Positions 52,716 through 63,586 of a DNA stretch of 64,000 nucleotides are shown in pieces. Position numbers and translations under genes: made by a program. The notes below the pieces were generated by a model. The model ran no database searches. It saw only the letters and a list, made by a program, of their open reading frames with translations, and had not been told where the DNA came from. The number at the start of each line of letters is the position of its first letter. Within the stretch, counting starts at the first letter, position 1. The DNA is from Candidatus Neptunichlamydia sp. (GTDB lineage Bacteria; Chlamydiota; Chlamydiia; Chlamydiales; Simkaniaceae), in assembly GCA_965233865.1 (NCBI GenBank), contig OZ247587.1, positions 224,001 to 288,000 of the forward strand, read 5' to 3'.

Positions 52716-53305
52716 TCACACACCTGGAAAACGTTCTAAAAACAGTGCAATAATATGTTTCAAGAGTATACACCTGGATGAGGTCACGTCCTTTCGAGAA
52801 ATGCTTTCAGTGTCCTTAATCCCTTCATTACAAGGGAGATGCGTATTCATTATCCACCAAACATCAATTTTTTCAATTAATTCTATAGCTTTATCTAGAA
52901 GAGCAATGTTTATCTCCTTATGAGGATCAATTAAAATTTTTGGGAGCTCGTGAGAAATAAAGTTTCTTTCCTTTCGAATGGAAAGTAGGAGGTTGGCTTC
53001 CTCATCTGATATCGCACCATTATCTAGAAGCCAATCGCAGCTAGCGCTATATTCATGCCGTTTGTTCCCTTGTTTGGTAAAATAGGTTTTCATTACCTCA
53101 TTGTATCTTTTTTGAGTCTCTAGTGTCTCGCCTTCAGAAATATTAAAAAAAAGCCTTTGATTTGCTCAACAACGCTAAATTGAAGGAGTTCGAATACCGC
53201 CAGGTATAGACCAGCAAGGGCCAGATTATGACACAATTTTTCAGAATCAAAGAGTGTAATATACTCTTTTTCTATTGATTTATTTGTTAATTTAGAGAAA
53301 CGCAT
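52716..53305 (-). pseudogene. HEPN-like protein split at a T8 tract
   Basis: Helical protein with RNFISH (RxxxxH); the two ORFs join across 53145-53152. Confidence 0.55.
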
Positions 53306-53686
53306 AAATTTTTTATATTTAATGTTATCAAAGTCAAGGTCAATCTATGACTTAAGGATCTAAATTGTAGCATTATTGCATAAAAACCCAGTAAAAACAA
53401 AACAAATACTTTTTAATCCGTGTTTTTTTTGGTTTTTATAGTATAATTCTATTTTGTTAATGTTTTTTTACAAAAATAATATGATTAGAATATGACAGTT
53501 GATATTGGAGTGATAGGTAGCGAAGTTATGGAGTCTCTTGAGGATAATGAGATGCAGAGTAGTTGGCGCTTCGTAGTTGACAGAGCACTAGCCTTAATTT
53601 TTACCTTTTTTCCTTCTTTCCCTTTCCATACAAAAGCTGCGTGGAGTTCTCATTCAAGCTTTTAGGTATGTTTAAGCAGACTCATC

Positions 53687-54070
53687 TCAGCGAGTTGTGT
53701 CGGTTTTTTTGAAATTAAAGGCCTGAAGGACCTTTTTTGATATGGTTCTAATTTCTTCCCATTGTGGAAGCTCTATGAGTTTTTCTGTAGATTTTTCTGA
53801 AGAATATATCCCATATGTGTCTGTAAACTTTCTTAATTTAACATGTAATTTCATCAATAGCTTATATTGTATTTCTGTAATTCCAAACTCCTTATATTTC
53901 TCTAGAATGTAATCCTCATCAAAAAAATCGCAAATGGTATCATCGATATCGTCGCACTCCGGTCCCTCAGAGCGTACCCATACCCTTTCTTGATAGTCCC
54001 TATCAGACATGCAAGCTATGTTCTCAATAAAACTGTCTAATGTTTGCTTCCTATCTGCATAGCTAATCAT
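53687..54070 (-). CDS. Probable immunity protein
   Basis: Acidic 127 aa (DYQERVWV...DDTICDFFDE...PQWEEIR) starting 2 nt after the toxin stop. Confidence 0.6.
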   Translation of the reverse strand: MISYADRKQTLDSFIENIACMSDRDYQERVWVRSEGPECDDIDDTICDFFDEDYILEKYKEFGITEIQYKLLMKLHVKLRKFTDTYGIYSSEKSTEKLIELPQWEEIRTISKKVLQAFNFKKTDTTR

Positions 54071-54072
54071 AA

Positions 54073-55128
54073 TTAATTTTTTCCTAACTCTCTATAAATA
54101 AATTCTTCAAGTGGTATATGTGCTTCTGCCGATTTATTTGAAACTATGTTACCATGTTTATCAAGGGATTTTCCATGTATTCTTTGATTCACATAGGATT
54201 TCTGTTGACACGGATTTTTGCTATGAACCTTTCCTGGCATGATTCTTACATAAGTCCCTTCATCGTGAGGATGCACGTACTTCATACCACCTGGTTTATC
54301 TGCTAGCTTAACTTTATAATTTTGAGGGATCCCTTTTGGCCGACTGAAAGTCGGAATGCCAGTTGTATGAATAAGTTCTTTAACTTCCGATTCCGGCATG
54401 TATCTTCCATGAAAAGGTTTTAATTTTTCTTCAGCCTTTTGAAATAGCTCTACAGACTCTTGCATTGATAAACTTAAATGATTGAATTCTTTTTGCAGAG
54501 TTGTTTCTAACTTGCCAGCCTGCTTTAATTGGCCCATTTCTTTTGCAGTAAATCCTAATTCGTCTCCTAAAAGAGCAGTCCTCCTTCTGTTACTTATGAT
54601 TTCCCCCGCCTTGGCGGTATTTCCAACTCCGGCGGCTGTTTCAAGAACCAGCGTTCTTTCAGCCTTTTGGAGATTTTTTAAGACAGCAGCGAGATCTCTC
54701 GCACTCTTTGCGCTTTTACTTGCAATTTTGGCTATAGCTCCAGGTGCTGCAATATCTGCGCCATGTTTTCCAAAGGCATATCCAGCAAGCTCTCCTCTTT
54801 TATCAGAAGGGAGGGTGTCCCATTGAGTAACCAACTGATGAATCTCTGGGGATAATACCTCTCCGATTACTCCCCACTCATCATCACGAGCAAGTCTAGC
54901 AAGTGTTGAGAGAGCATCATACATTTGTGTTGAAGTGTGAATAGGATGAGTGATTAAATCCCCGAGGAATAAAATAATCCCTTTTCCGGATTCGTAGATC
55001 CCTTTTGGTAGTCCCTTTGCAAAACTTAGGGTGAATTCTGGTGTAGAAAATGGAATGTTCTCAGGAGCCTTTTCAATTTGAGATGCGAAGTTATTAAAAT
55101 CTTCGATAGATTTATTGAATTGACCCAT
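54073..55128 (-). CDS. Polymorphic toxin C-terminal portion with a nuclease-like tip (N-terminally truncated)
   Basis: Ala/Gly-rich pre-toxin helices, then YVRIMPG...SLDKHGNIV...EAHIPLEEF. Confidence 0.65.
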   Translation of the reverse strand: MGQFNKSIEDFNNFASQIEKAPENIPFSTPEFTLSFAKGLPKGIYESGKGIILFLGDLITHPIHTSTQMYDALSTLARLARDDEWGVIGEVLSPEIHQLVTQWDTLPSDKRGELAGYAFGKHGADIAAPGAIAKIASKSAKSARDLAAVLKNLQKAERTLVLETAAGVGNTAKAGEIISNRRRTALLGDELGFTAKEMGQLKQAGKLETTLQKEFNHLSLSMQESVELFQKAEEKLKPFHGRYMPESEVKELIHTTGIPTFSRPKGIPQNYKVKLADKPGGMKYVHPHDEGTYVRIMPGKVHSKNPCQQKSYVNQRIHGKSLDKHGNIVSNKSAEAHIPLEEFIYRELGKN

Positions 55129-55376
55129 ATCAAAATAGGAGGCACTTCTCTCTTAGTAGAATGTCACTTTTTTCTTCCATCTTCAAACTCTCTTAACGCT
55201 TTTGCAATGTTCATAACCCTATTTTCTGCACAGTATCACAACCCTGGATTTCAAAAAAACAAGATATCTCAAATTTTTTAAAACCTTTTTTTGGATGCCT
55301 TTAGCTATTGCAAATCGAAATTCCTTGAAGCTTTGGGAAGATCATATTAACATGCATGTTTTAATTAGAGAGGGCT

Positions 55377-55793
55377 TTGAGTCACATGAAAAATAAGAAG
55401 GCAACTATGGATACCAATGGATCTGACCTATTAAGTTCTCTGAAGGATTACTCTCAAAAATTTATAAACGATCGAGAGTGGTCGAAATTTCATAGCCCAA
55501 AAAATGTCGCCATAGGCGTTTCTGTTGAAGCCGCGGAGCTGTTAGAGATTTTTCAATGGCTTACAGAAGAGCAATCATTTGCAATGAAAGATGACCCAGA
55601 AACCCTACAGAAAGTTCAGGATGAAGCTGCTGATATTTTTCATTTTCTTATTCGGTTATCTTCGGTTCTTGATTTCGATCTAATTAAGGCTTTTTGGAGA
55701 AAAATGAAGCAGAATGAATCGAAGTATCCTGCCCAACTCTGTAAGGGTGGTACTAAAAAATACTCAGAGTTGTGTTGTAATGAAGAAGGTTGA
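55377..55793 (+). CDS. MazG-like nucleotide pyrophosphohydrolase (dCTPase-type)
   Basis: REWSKFHSPKNVA...EAAELLEIFQW...DEAADI...KMKQNESKYP. Confidence 0.9.
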   Translation: MSHMKNKKATMDTNGSDLLSSLKDYSQKFINDREWSKFHSPKNVAIGVSVEAAELLEIFQWLTEEQSFAMKDDPETLQKVQDEAADIFHFLIRLSSVLDFDLIKAFWRKMKQNESKYPAQLCKGGTKKYSELCCNEEG

Positions 55794-56958
55794 TAAAAAA
55801 AGTTATAAGAAGGTTACAAGACAAGACTCAGGCTTTAAGCGTGTTGAGCATTACTTTAATAATAGAATTTCTCTGCTGTACGGTAATCAGAAAGAAGCTC
55901 TTAAAAAAATTTCTAAAAATAACGATCGAACCTGTGAGCTTCTCGTTGGAGAAACCGGTGAAGATTATGGTGTGATAGTCTATAAAAATGAACTTACCTC
56001 AGAATATACGTCTTTATCTTTTCCAGAGGCCTTTGAAATAAAAACTCTCTTCGTCGTAAATCCTTATAAAAATTCTGGACAAGGTATCGCAACTCATCTT
56101 TTAAATCATCTATCAAGAAGAGCTTATGCTTTGAAAGCAAAGAGCTTATTTGTAACTGTGAGTTCTAAAAGCCCAGAAGCTCTTGCTTTTTTTCTTTATC
56201 ATGGGTTTCGAGTAAGGACTATCAAACCAAATCTCTACCTCGAAGGGCAAAATGAGTATTTTCTCTTCCATACAAACCTAAAAAATCTGCTAAAAAGCAC
56301 TCGAGACATTCTTAGATCTCCTGCTTTAGGAAAAAGTACTCAGCATTTAGAGCATCCTGATTCTAAGAATATTGAATTCACAGAGAAAGAAACACATGTC
56401 ATCAATTTTCTGAAAACTCAAGAATTTCCGCTGAAGTCTTTTTTTAACTATTATGGCTTTCAGCTCTCGCAAGAGCTAATGCATGAAAGTGTTTGTAAGT
56501 TTGTTGATTGGGTTATGAAGTGGCAAAAAAAGGCATTAGCCAAACGGTATGTCATTTTGTTCACAAACTCCTTGTACGCAGATGATCAAAAAAACAATTT
56601 GATAGGAGAGCTCATTATTGGAATGACTCAGGACGCAGAAAGGCATCTTCTTGGGTGCATTCCATGCACATCTTTACCGCAGGTTTTTTGGAAACAGATT
56701 TTCAAATCTTTTAAAATAAATGGAATACGCACTATCGATATCTTTTGTAGCAGACATATTCAGGAAGTTTTGGATGCAGCGTCTTCTTGCTATCCTTCCA
56801 TGAAACTTGAAAAATTAAACTACCCGAAATCTTGGTCACCAAAAGGTTTTTCTCCTTATAGCTTGTTCTGTGAATTATCTCGGGACGTCCAATTTAGCGA
56901 TAGTCTACTTAAAGATGATCTGGTTCTTCAGGAGGGGTATATAGCTAGAGCTCCTTAA
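55780..56958 (+). CDS. GNAT acetyltransferase fused to a degenerate IS256-like core
   Basis: EIKTLFV...SGQGIATHLL...ALAFFLYHGF; C-terminal WQKKAL..RYVILF...LLG...FWKQIF..FK.NGI. Confidence 0.7.
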   Translation: MKKVDKKSYKKVTRQDSGFKRVEHYFNNRISLLYGNQKEALKKISKNNDRTCELLVGETGEDYGVIVYKNELTSEYTSLSFPEAFEIKTLFVVNPYKNSGQGIATHLLNHLSRRAYALKAKSLFVTVSSKSPEALAFFLYHGFRVRTIKPNLYLEGQNEYFLFHTNLKNLLKSTRDILRSPALGKSTQHLEHPDSKNIEFTEKETHVINFLKTQEFPLKSFFNYYGFQLSQELMHESVCKFVDWVMKWQKKALAKRYVILFTNSLYADDQKNNLIGELIIGMTQDAERHLLGCIPCTSLPQVFWKQIFKSFKINGIRTIDIFCSRHIQEVLDAASSCYPSMKLEKLNYPKSWSPKGFSPYSLFCELSRDVQFSDSLLKDDLVLQEGYIARAP

Positions 56959-57070
56959 AAGTAAAAATTGGAGCGTCTAAAACTAAAAGGTAGAGTATTT
57001 GAGTCGATTCAACTGTTGTTGAATTGTGAAAGCGGAGCCCCACCTCCGTCTCCAAGAAACCATTTATCCC

Positions 57071-57886
57071 TCATTGAGGCTTAGTCTTTTCCTCATATTT
57101 TTTAGCAACAATAAGATAATAATCAAAAGTACCCTCGATAAATCCTTTATACCAATTCCTATCCCAAGAAGACTTCAAATCACTTTGGTTTACCCAATCA
57201 TCCAAAAAACGCCAGACATATTCACCAATAGCGGTGGTGTAGATCTCAGCAAACCCCACGTTTTCGAGATCTTTAACAACTTGAGAAATATTAGTTAGTC
57301 TATCCACCCCATTTTTGATGGTAGGAATAAGGTTTGTTGCTAGGTCACGCTTACTTTCATCTTTCCCAAAAAAAGTTGCCACTCCTAACGTCCCTCCAGG
57401 TTTAAGTACCCGAAAAGCTTCAGAAAAAAAAGTTGCTAATGAGTTAAAATGTTGCGCAGCTTCAACAGACATAATATGAGAAAAACTCTCTTTTGAAAAA
57501 GGAAGTTTTGCACTATCACCAACGACAAAGTCAATCGCTTTATTAACTCTCTTTGCCCTTCGAATTTGGTCTGGAGAAGAATCTAACCCAATAATTTTTC
57601 GAGGAAAATACTCTTTTTTTAATAGAGCGGTTCCAACGCCTATCCCACAACCCACTTCAAGGATTAAACTCTCATTAGAAACAGAAAGTCGATTTGCAAC
57701 AAGCCTATACAAGTCTCTTTGGCTCTCTAGACGATCTTCTATTGTGAGAGACCCTAAAGCATTTTTGGAGTTTTTCCAATATCCAAAGTTAATAAATCCT
57801 CCAGCAAACATAGAGAGCTCGTGCAACTTGTCAGCATACATGGCCGCAACAGAATCAAGCCTGGGCAAGTTGTTTTTCAAAGTCAT
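57071..57886 (-). CDS. Class I SAM-dependent methyltransferase (small-molecule type)
   Basis: FINFGYW, ILEVGCGIG, VEAAQHF, RVLKPGG. Confidence 0.9.
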   Translation of the reverse strand: MTLKNNLPRLDSVAAMYADKLHELSMFAGGFINFGYWKNSKNALGSLTIEDRLESQRDLYRLVANRLSVSNESLILEVGCGIGVGTALLKKEYFPRKIIGLDSSPDQIRRAKRVNKAIDFVVGDSAKLPFSKESFSHIMSVEAAQHFNSLATFFSEAFRVLKPGGTLGVATFFGKDESKRDLATNLIPTIKNGVDRLTNISQVVKDLENVGFAEIYTTAIGEYVWRFLDDWVNQSDLKSSWDRNWYKGFIEGTFDYYLIVAKKYEEKTKPQ

Positions 57887-58074
57887 ACAACACTCAGGAA
57901 CGATTCAAGATCAGGCGTATTTCGATAGCCCATTTTCATTAATCCCGGTAGAGCGACTCTACTTTTATATAACCTCTTAGGAGATAAACATCTGTATAAG
58001 AATGCAATATAAATTTATATATCCAAAAAATTTGAAATCAGGTATACACGGATTAAAAAAAAATTGCAAATCAG

Positions 58075-59268
58075 ATGCTCAAAAATAAACCTCCTCTGCT
58101 TAGTGCTTCAATCGCTATATTTTGTATATTTTATGGCGATTGGGGTAAGATGTATTATTACGAAACAATTAAAGAATTTACTAATGTTTCGTATTACTTA
58201 AATTTAAATGTTTTTATTTCAACTGGAGCTTATCTTTTATTAGCATTTCTTTCAGATATCTGGTGCAGAAAGAAAATGCTATACTTATCAACTTTAATGT
58301 TAATATCTTCTGGTTTTTTTCTAAGGTTTCACCATCCTATGCTGTCAACAATTGCTATTTCTATAGCACCTGTCACCCCAATAGCAATAGCAGCATACTG
58401 TGACGTTCATATGTCAAACGATAGGGAGCCTAACGTTATTAATACTTTCATGATAAGGCCATTACCTTGGATGCTGTTTCCTCTTGTATATCAAGATATT
58501 AAGTTGTTTTTTTTAACCGATATCGCCCTTGGCATCTTGGTAGCTATTTTCACGATTTGGTTGTTTGTTGACTATCGCGATAAAGACAACAAGAAATTTA
58601 GTTTTGGAATATTGGACGCCGTTAAGGTTTATGGGCTCCGTGTCTGCATAGCAATATCCATTGCCTTTTTTTTCACGAACTGGGCTTGGAGCATGCTGTT
58701 TTACTATCTAGAAAAAGTGGAAAATGGATCTGTTGTAGCGACCAACTTTATGCTCTCTCCAGGGATATGTTTTTTTCTAGGCGCTGCTTTTTCTAGGGTA
58801 TTAATACGAAAAAAACGGATATTTACTACCTATTTCGAAGAAAAAAGCAGTCAAATATTTAAAGCTACCTATTTAAAATTAATAATATATATATCAATTG
58901 GAATTATACCGTTTGTGATTTTTATTTCACTCTTAATATCAATATTGAACGGAGATCATTCTAACGTTGTATTAAACAGCCTTCCCTTATTTACATTTTT
59001 AGGAGGTGTGTTCATCCCTTCAATCTACGCTTTCTTTGGAAGTCAACTAAAATACCACTCTTTAGGTCTTGTATATGCTGCACTAGAAGTTGTTCAGTCT
59101 GTATCAGAATTTACAGGGGCAGAAGTTGGAACACTACCCTTTTTTAAAGAGGAATTGAACCACATAGTTACATTTGCAATTTTTCTTTCACTTCTTTCGT
59201 TAGTGGTTCTAAATACTTTACCAAAAGATACATCTCCTAAAAAGCTTCTTTCTCAAGGTAATAATTAA
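58075..59268 (+). CDS. MFS-like transporter
   Basis: About 12 TMs; AFLSDIWCRK resembles MFS motif A. Confidence 0.7.
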   Translation: MLKNKPPLLSASIAIFCIFYGDWGKMYYYETIKEFTNVSYYLNLNVFISTGAYLLLAFLSDIWCRKKMLYLSTLMLISSGFFLRFHHPMLSTIAISIAPVTPIAIAAYCDVHMSNDREPNVINTFMIRPLPWMLFPLVYQDIKLFFLTDIALGILVAIFTIWLFVDYRDKDNKKFSFGILDAVKVYGLRVCIAISIAFFFTNWAWSMLFYYLEKVENGSVVATNFMLSPGICFFLGAAFSRVLIRKKRIFTTYFEEKSSQIFKATYLKLIIYISIGIIPFVIFISLLISILNGDHSNVVLNSLPLFTFLGGVFIPSIYAFFGSQLKYHSLGLVYAALEVVQSVSEFTGAEVGTLPFFKEELNHIVTFAIFLSLLSLVVLNTLPKDTSPKKLLSQGNN

Positions 59269-60220
59269 CATAATCACAAAGGTGAGTTTTTGCTAATAAC
59301 TTAGCTTTCTTCTTCCAATATTTATACTCTCTGAAAGTAAATAATGGAGGGGGGCGAAAGCAATTCCATTTGCTAGAGTAAAACAGCCTTGCGCCTAATG
59401 GATCAAAATCGGCAATATTCATTTGCCTGTTCAAGCTATGAAAAAGAAGTTGTGTTGGCTGCTCCCACGATACATTCTTTATTTTTATAGGAGCTTTTTC
59501 AAAAAGGACCTCCATTCCCTTTCTAGAGGGAAGTACAATGTGATATGGAGCGTGAATCCCTTCCCAAGCTTCCTTAAAAAACTTATAAGAAAATGACTCT
59601 ATACTAGGAATTCTAATTAAGCATTTTCCTCCAGGGCGCAAAAGTGAGTTGATTGTTTCAGATAGCAAGTGAACTTGTTCTACATGTTCAAACGAGTGAT
59701 GAAACATAATTAAATCAAACTTCTCTTCTAGATCAAAAATTGTAGCTTTTCTAACCATATCATCAGTGTTGGTATGACAATTAAAATTCAAAAATGGATC
59801 TATGCCAAGTACATCCTTAAAACCAATGCTATGTAACTGCCTTACTAGGCTACCATTTCCACAACCTACGTCGAGAATCCTCATTTCTTTTGTAAGATTA
59901 AGATTCGTTAAAGCTCTTAATTTAAGGGAGTCATATCTTTTATCAAAAGCTAAAGCTAAAATAGCGAATTTGTTCTTCTTCAAAAGAGCCTGCTTATAAA
60001 TTGCCCTCTCGAAAAAGCTTAAACCTTTTCCAAGCCCTTGGAAGTTGGGATAGCTTTGATAATATTGGGATAAGTCAGGAGGTATCATATTTATTGATAG
60101 CGAATTGCATTTAGAACATTCTATATATTCAAATTCACTTCTTATTCCAAGAGTCATTTCTTTTGGAAAAATGATTTTGTTGTGCCTATTATTTTTACAA
60201 ATTCTACAAGCTAAATCCAT
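59237..60220 (-). CDS. Class I SAM-dependent methyltransferase with N-terminal Cys4 motif
   Basis: CRIC...CSKC, ILDVGCGNG, MFHHSFEHV, LRPGG. Confidence 0.88.
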   Translation of the reverse strand: MDLACRICKNNRHNKIIFPKEMTLGIRSEFEYIECSKCNSLSINMIPPDLSQYYQSYPNFQGLGKGLSFFERAIYKQALLKKNKFAILALAFDKRYDSLKLRALTNLNLTKEMRILDVGCGNGSLVRQLHSIGFKDVLGIDPFLNFNCHTNTDDMVRKATIFDLEEKFDLIMFHHSFEHVEQVHLLSETINSLLRPGGKCLIRIPSIESFSYKFFKEAWEGIHAPYHIVLPSRKGMEVLFEKAPIKIKNVSWEQPTQLLFHSLNRQMNIADFDPLGARLFYSSKWNCFRPPPLFTFREYKYWKKKAKLLAKTHLCDYVNYYLEKEAF

Positions 60221-60221
60221 C

Positions 60222-60827
60222 TCAACATTGGGAGTATTGATAATTTTGTTTTATAATCTCTTTTATTTTTTCTTTTGACTCTTTTTGAACAACAATTTTA
60301 AATTCCTTTAAAAACGAGTCAAAGCAACAGTATGGATCTAGAAGGGTTGGAGCATATTTGACGTCATATTCATTCCACTTTGAAGAGTTTGCTTCATTAT
60401 GCTGAATTTGAGCCTCCATTTTATCAAGGGCTAAAACAAATTTAGCTTCACTCGACGTGCAGTTTTCGAATTCATTCCATAGGTCCAAAATTTCATCTTT
60501 GATATTTTCTGGAAGATTTTTTACAAGCAGTTTCATTGCAGCCAATTCACTTTCATGCTTTTCTTGCTGCATCTTTTTATCTTGTATAAAAACAAAGTAT
60601 GGAGTATCTCCTGTAATAATCTCTGCTAAATCGTGGATTATAGCTAACTTAAGGCATTTTCCGATGTTAATTTCCTCGTCTAACAAAGGGCCAAGCAACA
60701 TGACCATCAAAGAAACTCTCCAGCAATGATCAGCAACACTTTCTCTGTTGTTACAAGATGTGAACCCATTCCGTTTTTCAGTTTTTAGCTTTTCACTTAA
60801 GTGAATAAATTCCAATAAGCTATTCAT
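60222..60827 (-). CDS. HD-domain phosphohydrolase (5'-deoxynucleotidase-like)
   Basis: LKTEKR, ESVADH, IIHDLAE...GD, LDKMEAQIQH; AGAGG RBS before ATG 60827. Confidence 0.88.
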   Translation of the reverse strand: MNSLLEFIHLSEKLKTEKRNGFTSCNNRESVADHCWRVSLMVMLLGPLLDEEINIGKCLKLAIIHDLAEIITGDTPYFVFIQDKKMQQEKHESELAAMKLLVKNLPENIKDEILDLWNEFENCTSSEAKFVLALDKMEAQIQHNEANSSKWNEYDVKYAPTLLDPYCCFDSFLKEFKIVVQKESKEKIKEIIKQNYQYSQC

Positions 60828-60870
60828 TATTTTAATACCTCTATCAAACTGGTTTTTTACATATTTAGCA

Positions 60871-61845
60871 CTAAAAAACATGTAAAAATGCAACAAAGAA
60901 AGACCCAAACGCTGGGGTATTCTTCCCAATTACACTAAACCAATAACCCAGCAGCATGCCACTATTTTCAGTAAATGTAAACTCTAACTCTGGAGCAAGG
61001 GAAAGCTGGGCAGAAGAAGACACGAAAATCTTCGCTGGCATCTGCTCCGAATCAGCACCCCTTCGCCCAGAAAAACTCCCTGGAAAGTTTTGTTGATAAT
61101 TAGAATCAAATCCTATCGCCCATCTGTCATTTAAATTGTATTCTCCCGATAAATAAAATGTAAAATAACTCCCAGGAGAAACGGTACCTTTTGTACCAAG
61201 CCCGCCACCATATGAATTAAAATTTCTTACATTCACCTTTGATGGAAGGAAATAGCCTAAGCTAAATCTTGTTTGAAATTTATGATAATTAGAGATGTAA
61301 TACAATTTTTGAAAAGCAAAAAAAATACCTGTCTGGTATGATCCCAAACCAGTTGAATCAACACCTCCCTTCTTAGGATTAAGGTTTTGATATTGACCTG
61401 TTGGAACAGTTTCTTGAATAATAATCCTAAAGTTTGGCATCAACGATCCCGTCTTTTCGGTATTTATAACTTGGAATCCAACCCTTAAAACGGTGTCTTG
61501 CAGCCTTGTAGATTGCTGTCCTTGCTTTTTATTGGAGATCCATGAACCTAAAAATTCAATTCCTATAAATGAATTTAACCCAGCTTGAAAGTCAATATAG
61601 TTATAAAAAGACCACGTGTTTGGTGTATTTTTTGCCTTCCAGTTTTTAGAATAAATGCCATAAGTATTTTTTACTCCAAATGTTACTTCAATTCCAGGAT
61701 GAGATGGATCTGGCGTAATAGCCAATGGTGTAAGTAATGGTCCAGTAAACCACTGTTCGAACGTTTGACTCTCCGGTGGGCTAGCCGCAAGCGCTTGAAG
61801 TGTGAAAAAGAAAAGGATTGAAGAATAGGCTTTAATGTTTTTCAT
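60871..61845 (-). CDS. Exported outer-membrane beta-barrel / transporter-like protein
   Basis: Signal peptide, WFTGPLL, PTGQYQNL..GLGSYQ, alternating strands, C-terminal Phe. Confidence 0.7.
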   Translation of the reverse strand: MKNIKAYSSILFFFTLQALAASPPESQTFEQWFTGPLLTPLAITPDPSHPGIEVTFGVKNTYGIYSKNWKAKNTPNTWSFYNYIDFQAGLNSFIGIEFLGSWISNKKQGQQSTRLQDTVLRVGFQVINTEKTGSLMPNFRIIIQETVPTGQYQNLNPKKGGVDSTGLGSYQTGIFFAFQKLYYISNYHKFQTRFSLGYFLPSKVNVRNFNSYGGGLGTKGTVSPGSYFTFYLSGEYNLNDRWAIGFDSNYQQNFPGSFSGRRGADSEQMPAKIFVSSSAQLSLAPELEFTFTENSGMLLGYWFSVIGKNTPAFGSFFVAFLHVF

Positions 61846-61869
61846 TATTTTAACAGGTAAAAGAATCTT

Positions 61870-63459
61870 TTAAAAAATAGCTAAATGTTCATCCATTCTT
61901 CTGCTTGGCATATGAGTTTCGATATACTGATCTAAATTGGAGGTAGTGATCTCTGTTTCATTAATAAGGTGCTCTACAGCCTCTTGAGGAAGAACCTTTA
62001 GAAAAAGGGCTGTTTCGATGAGAGGGCTTGAGGCAAGGGTTGAAGCAAGCAATTTCATTTTTTTGTGAATTGTTATGATTGCTTTCTCCTCCTCATTTCC
62101 CATTTTCTCAATCTTGCACTCAAGAACCTGATTTGTGATTGAAAGAATAGCCATCGAAACTAAAAAAGTGGTCGCACAAGAAAGTGTGACCTCCATAAAA
62201 ATTTCTAATCCCTCATGAGAACCATAATAGTCTCTGCTTAGTTCAACCGCAGGGCCATACGATAGTGCAGCAGTTGCAAGCCCTAAAGCTTTAAGTGAAA
62301 AAGATAATTTTGGAGTTAGTTGATCAGAAAGTGTAGGCTGATAGCTACAGGTAAATAAATCTTTGAAAAGATTGAAGAGAATAACAGCGGTTTCTGGGAT
62401 AGCGGTTGCATTGAGATAGAGAGCTGTTCCTACATAAAGACTCGTAACTGTAGTATCTGCGTAGAGGTTATCAGTTAATTCATCTGTTCCTAGCCATGCA
62501 ATATAACCTAGGGTACCAATGTTGCATGCGGCACACAAATAGCCGTAAGATTTTACAGTGTAGTCTATATATTTAGCATATTTCGGTGGATTAAAAGTGC
62601 GATCAGATATTCTGCGTGTGAACAGAGTATAAAGCTCTTTCACACGGTCTGGAGCGCTATCAATTCTTTTGATTCTTTCATATGAGCCGATGAAATCATT
62701 TCGTGTCTCTTTCCCAACGACAGCAAGAAGTTGCCGATTTCCTTCGATTAAGGCATGCATTTTTCCTCTCACGCCCGATAGCCATTTTTCGTAATCTGTT
62801 AAGGACTGCCTCTCTCTCAGAGTTTTTAATCCCATATATCCCGAATAAACAGAGACCCAAGAATCAATCGCAAAAACCATGATTGGCATAACAAGTCCAT
62901 CGGGGTTGAGCGTTGAGGGTTCATTGTATTTATAGGCAATATAAGCAAATGGTATTTGGGTGCCGAACCCTAGAACTGTCGAAGCAGCAAAAAAAACTTT
63001 TTTAAGGCTAGGGCTAGTCCGAGACTCCATCAGCACCTGTTCTTCACGAGAAAGGGGCTGCATTTGTAAATTAACGATCTCAAGTAAGGAGTAAGAGACT
63101 AAGTACCCGAAGGAAGCGCAGGTGCCATAAGCTAGAAAACCTCCATAAACTTTATTATCTCCCCCTAACTGGAGATTTATTTCTATAAAGGGAATCCTAC
63201 CTGCAAACCCAGCAACTACACTGGCTGCTTGAAGAGCCCTTCGAGCTATCAAATGGACTTGTCCTTCTCTAGCTCCAATTTCTTTGATAAGGCGTTTGTC
63301 AATGAAGAGAGCAATATTGCTGTTTTGAAAATAATCACCGCCAACTTGCTGAATAACATAGTTGCGTGGTCTATCTTCGATGGAAATCAGAGGTGAAGAA
63401 GAGCTCATATTTTTGACCGATCGATTACCTTTAAAAAAGGATGTTAAACCTATCGACAA
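61870..63459 (-). CDS. Multi-pass membrane protein of unknown function
   Basis: Two clusters of about four hydrophobic helices separated by a soluble helical region. Confidence 0.7.
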   Translation of the reverse strand: MSIGLTSFFKGNRSVKNMSSSSPLISIEDRPRNYVIQQVGGDYFQNSNIALFIDKRLIKEIGAREGQVHLIARRALQAASVVAGFAGRIPFIEINLQLGGDNKVYGGFLAYGTCASFGYLVSYSLLEIVNLQMQPLSREEQVLMESRTSPSLKKVFFAASTVLGFGTQIPFAYIAYKYNEPSTLNPDGLVMPIMVFAIDSWVSVYSGYMGLKTLRERQSLTDYEKWLSGVRGKMHALIEGNRQLLAVVGKETRNDFIGSYERIKRIDSAPDRVKELYTLFTRRISDRTFNPPKYAKYIDYTVKSYGYLCAACNIGTLGYIAWLGTDELTDNLYADTTVTSLYVGTALYLNATAIPETAVILFNLFKDLFTCSYQPTLSDQLTPKLSFSLKALGLATAALSYGPAVELSRDYYGSHEGLEIFMEVTLSCATTFLVSMAILSITNQVLECKIEKMGNEEEKAIITIHKKMKLLASTLASSPLIETALFLKVLPQEAVEHLINETEITTSNLDQYIETHMPSRRMDEHLAIF

Positions 63460-63586
63460 AAATCATCAAGGGTTAAGTATAAGTAATTTTTACACATTGA
63501 ATTCTGAAAAAAGGAAGGAAGAAAGAGTTATGATAATATTTTGAAACTTAGCACATGACCGTTAGGGAAAGAAAAGCTCGGAATAC

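Noticed and set aside
55377..60827. Z-base (aminoadenine) pathway
   Set aside because: MazG and HD genes are present, but no PurZ/PurA-like gene is in the window.
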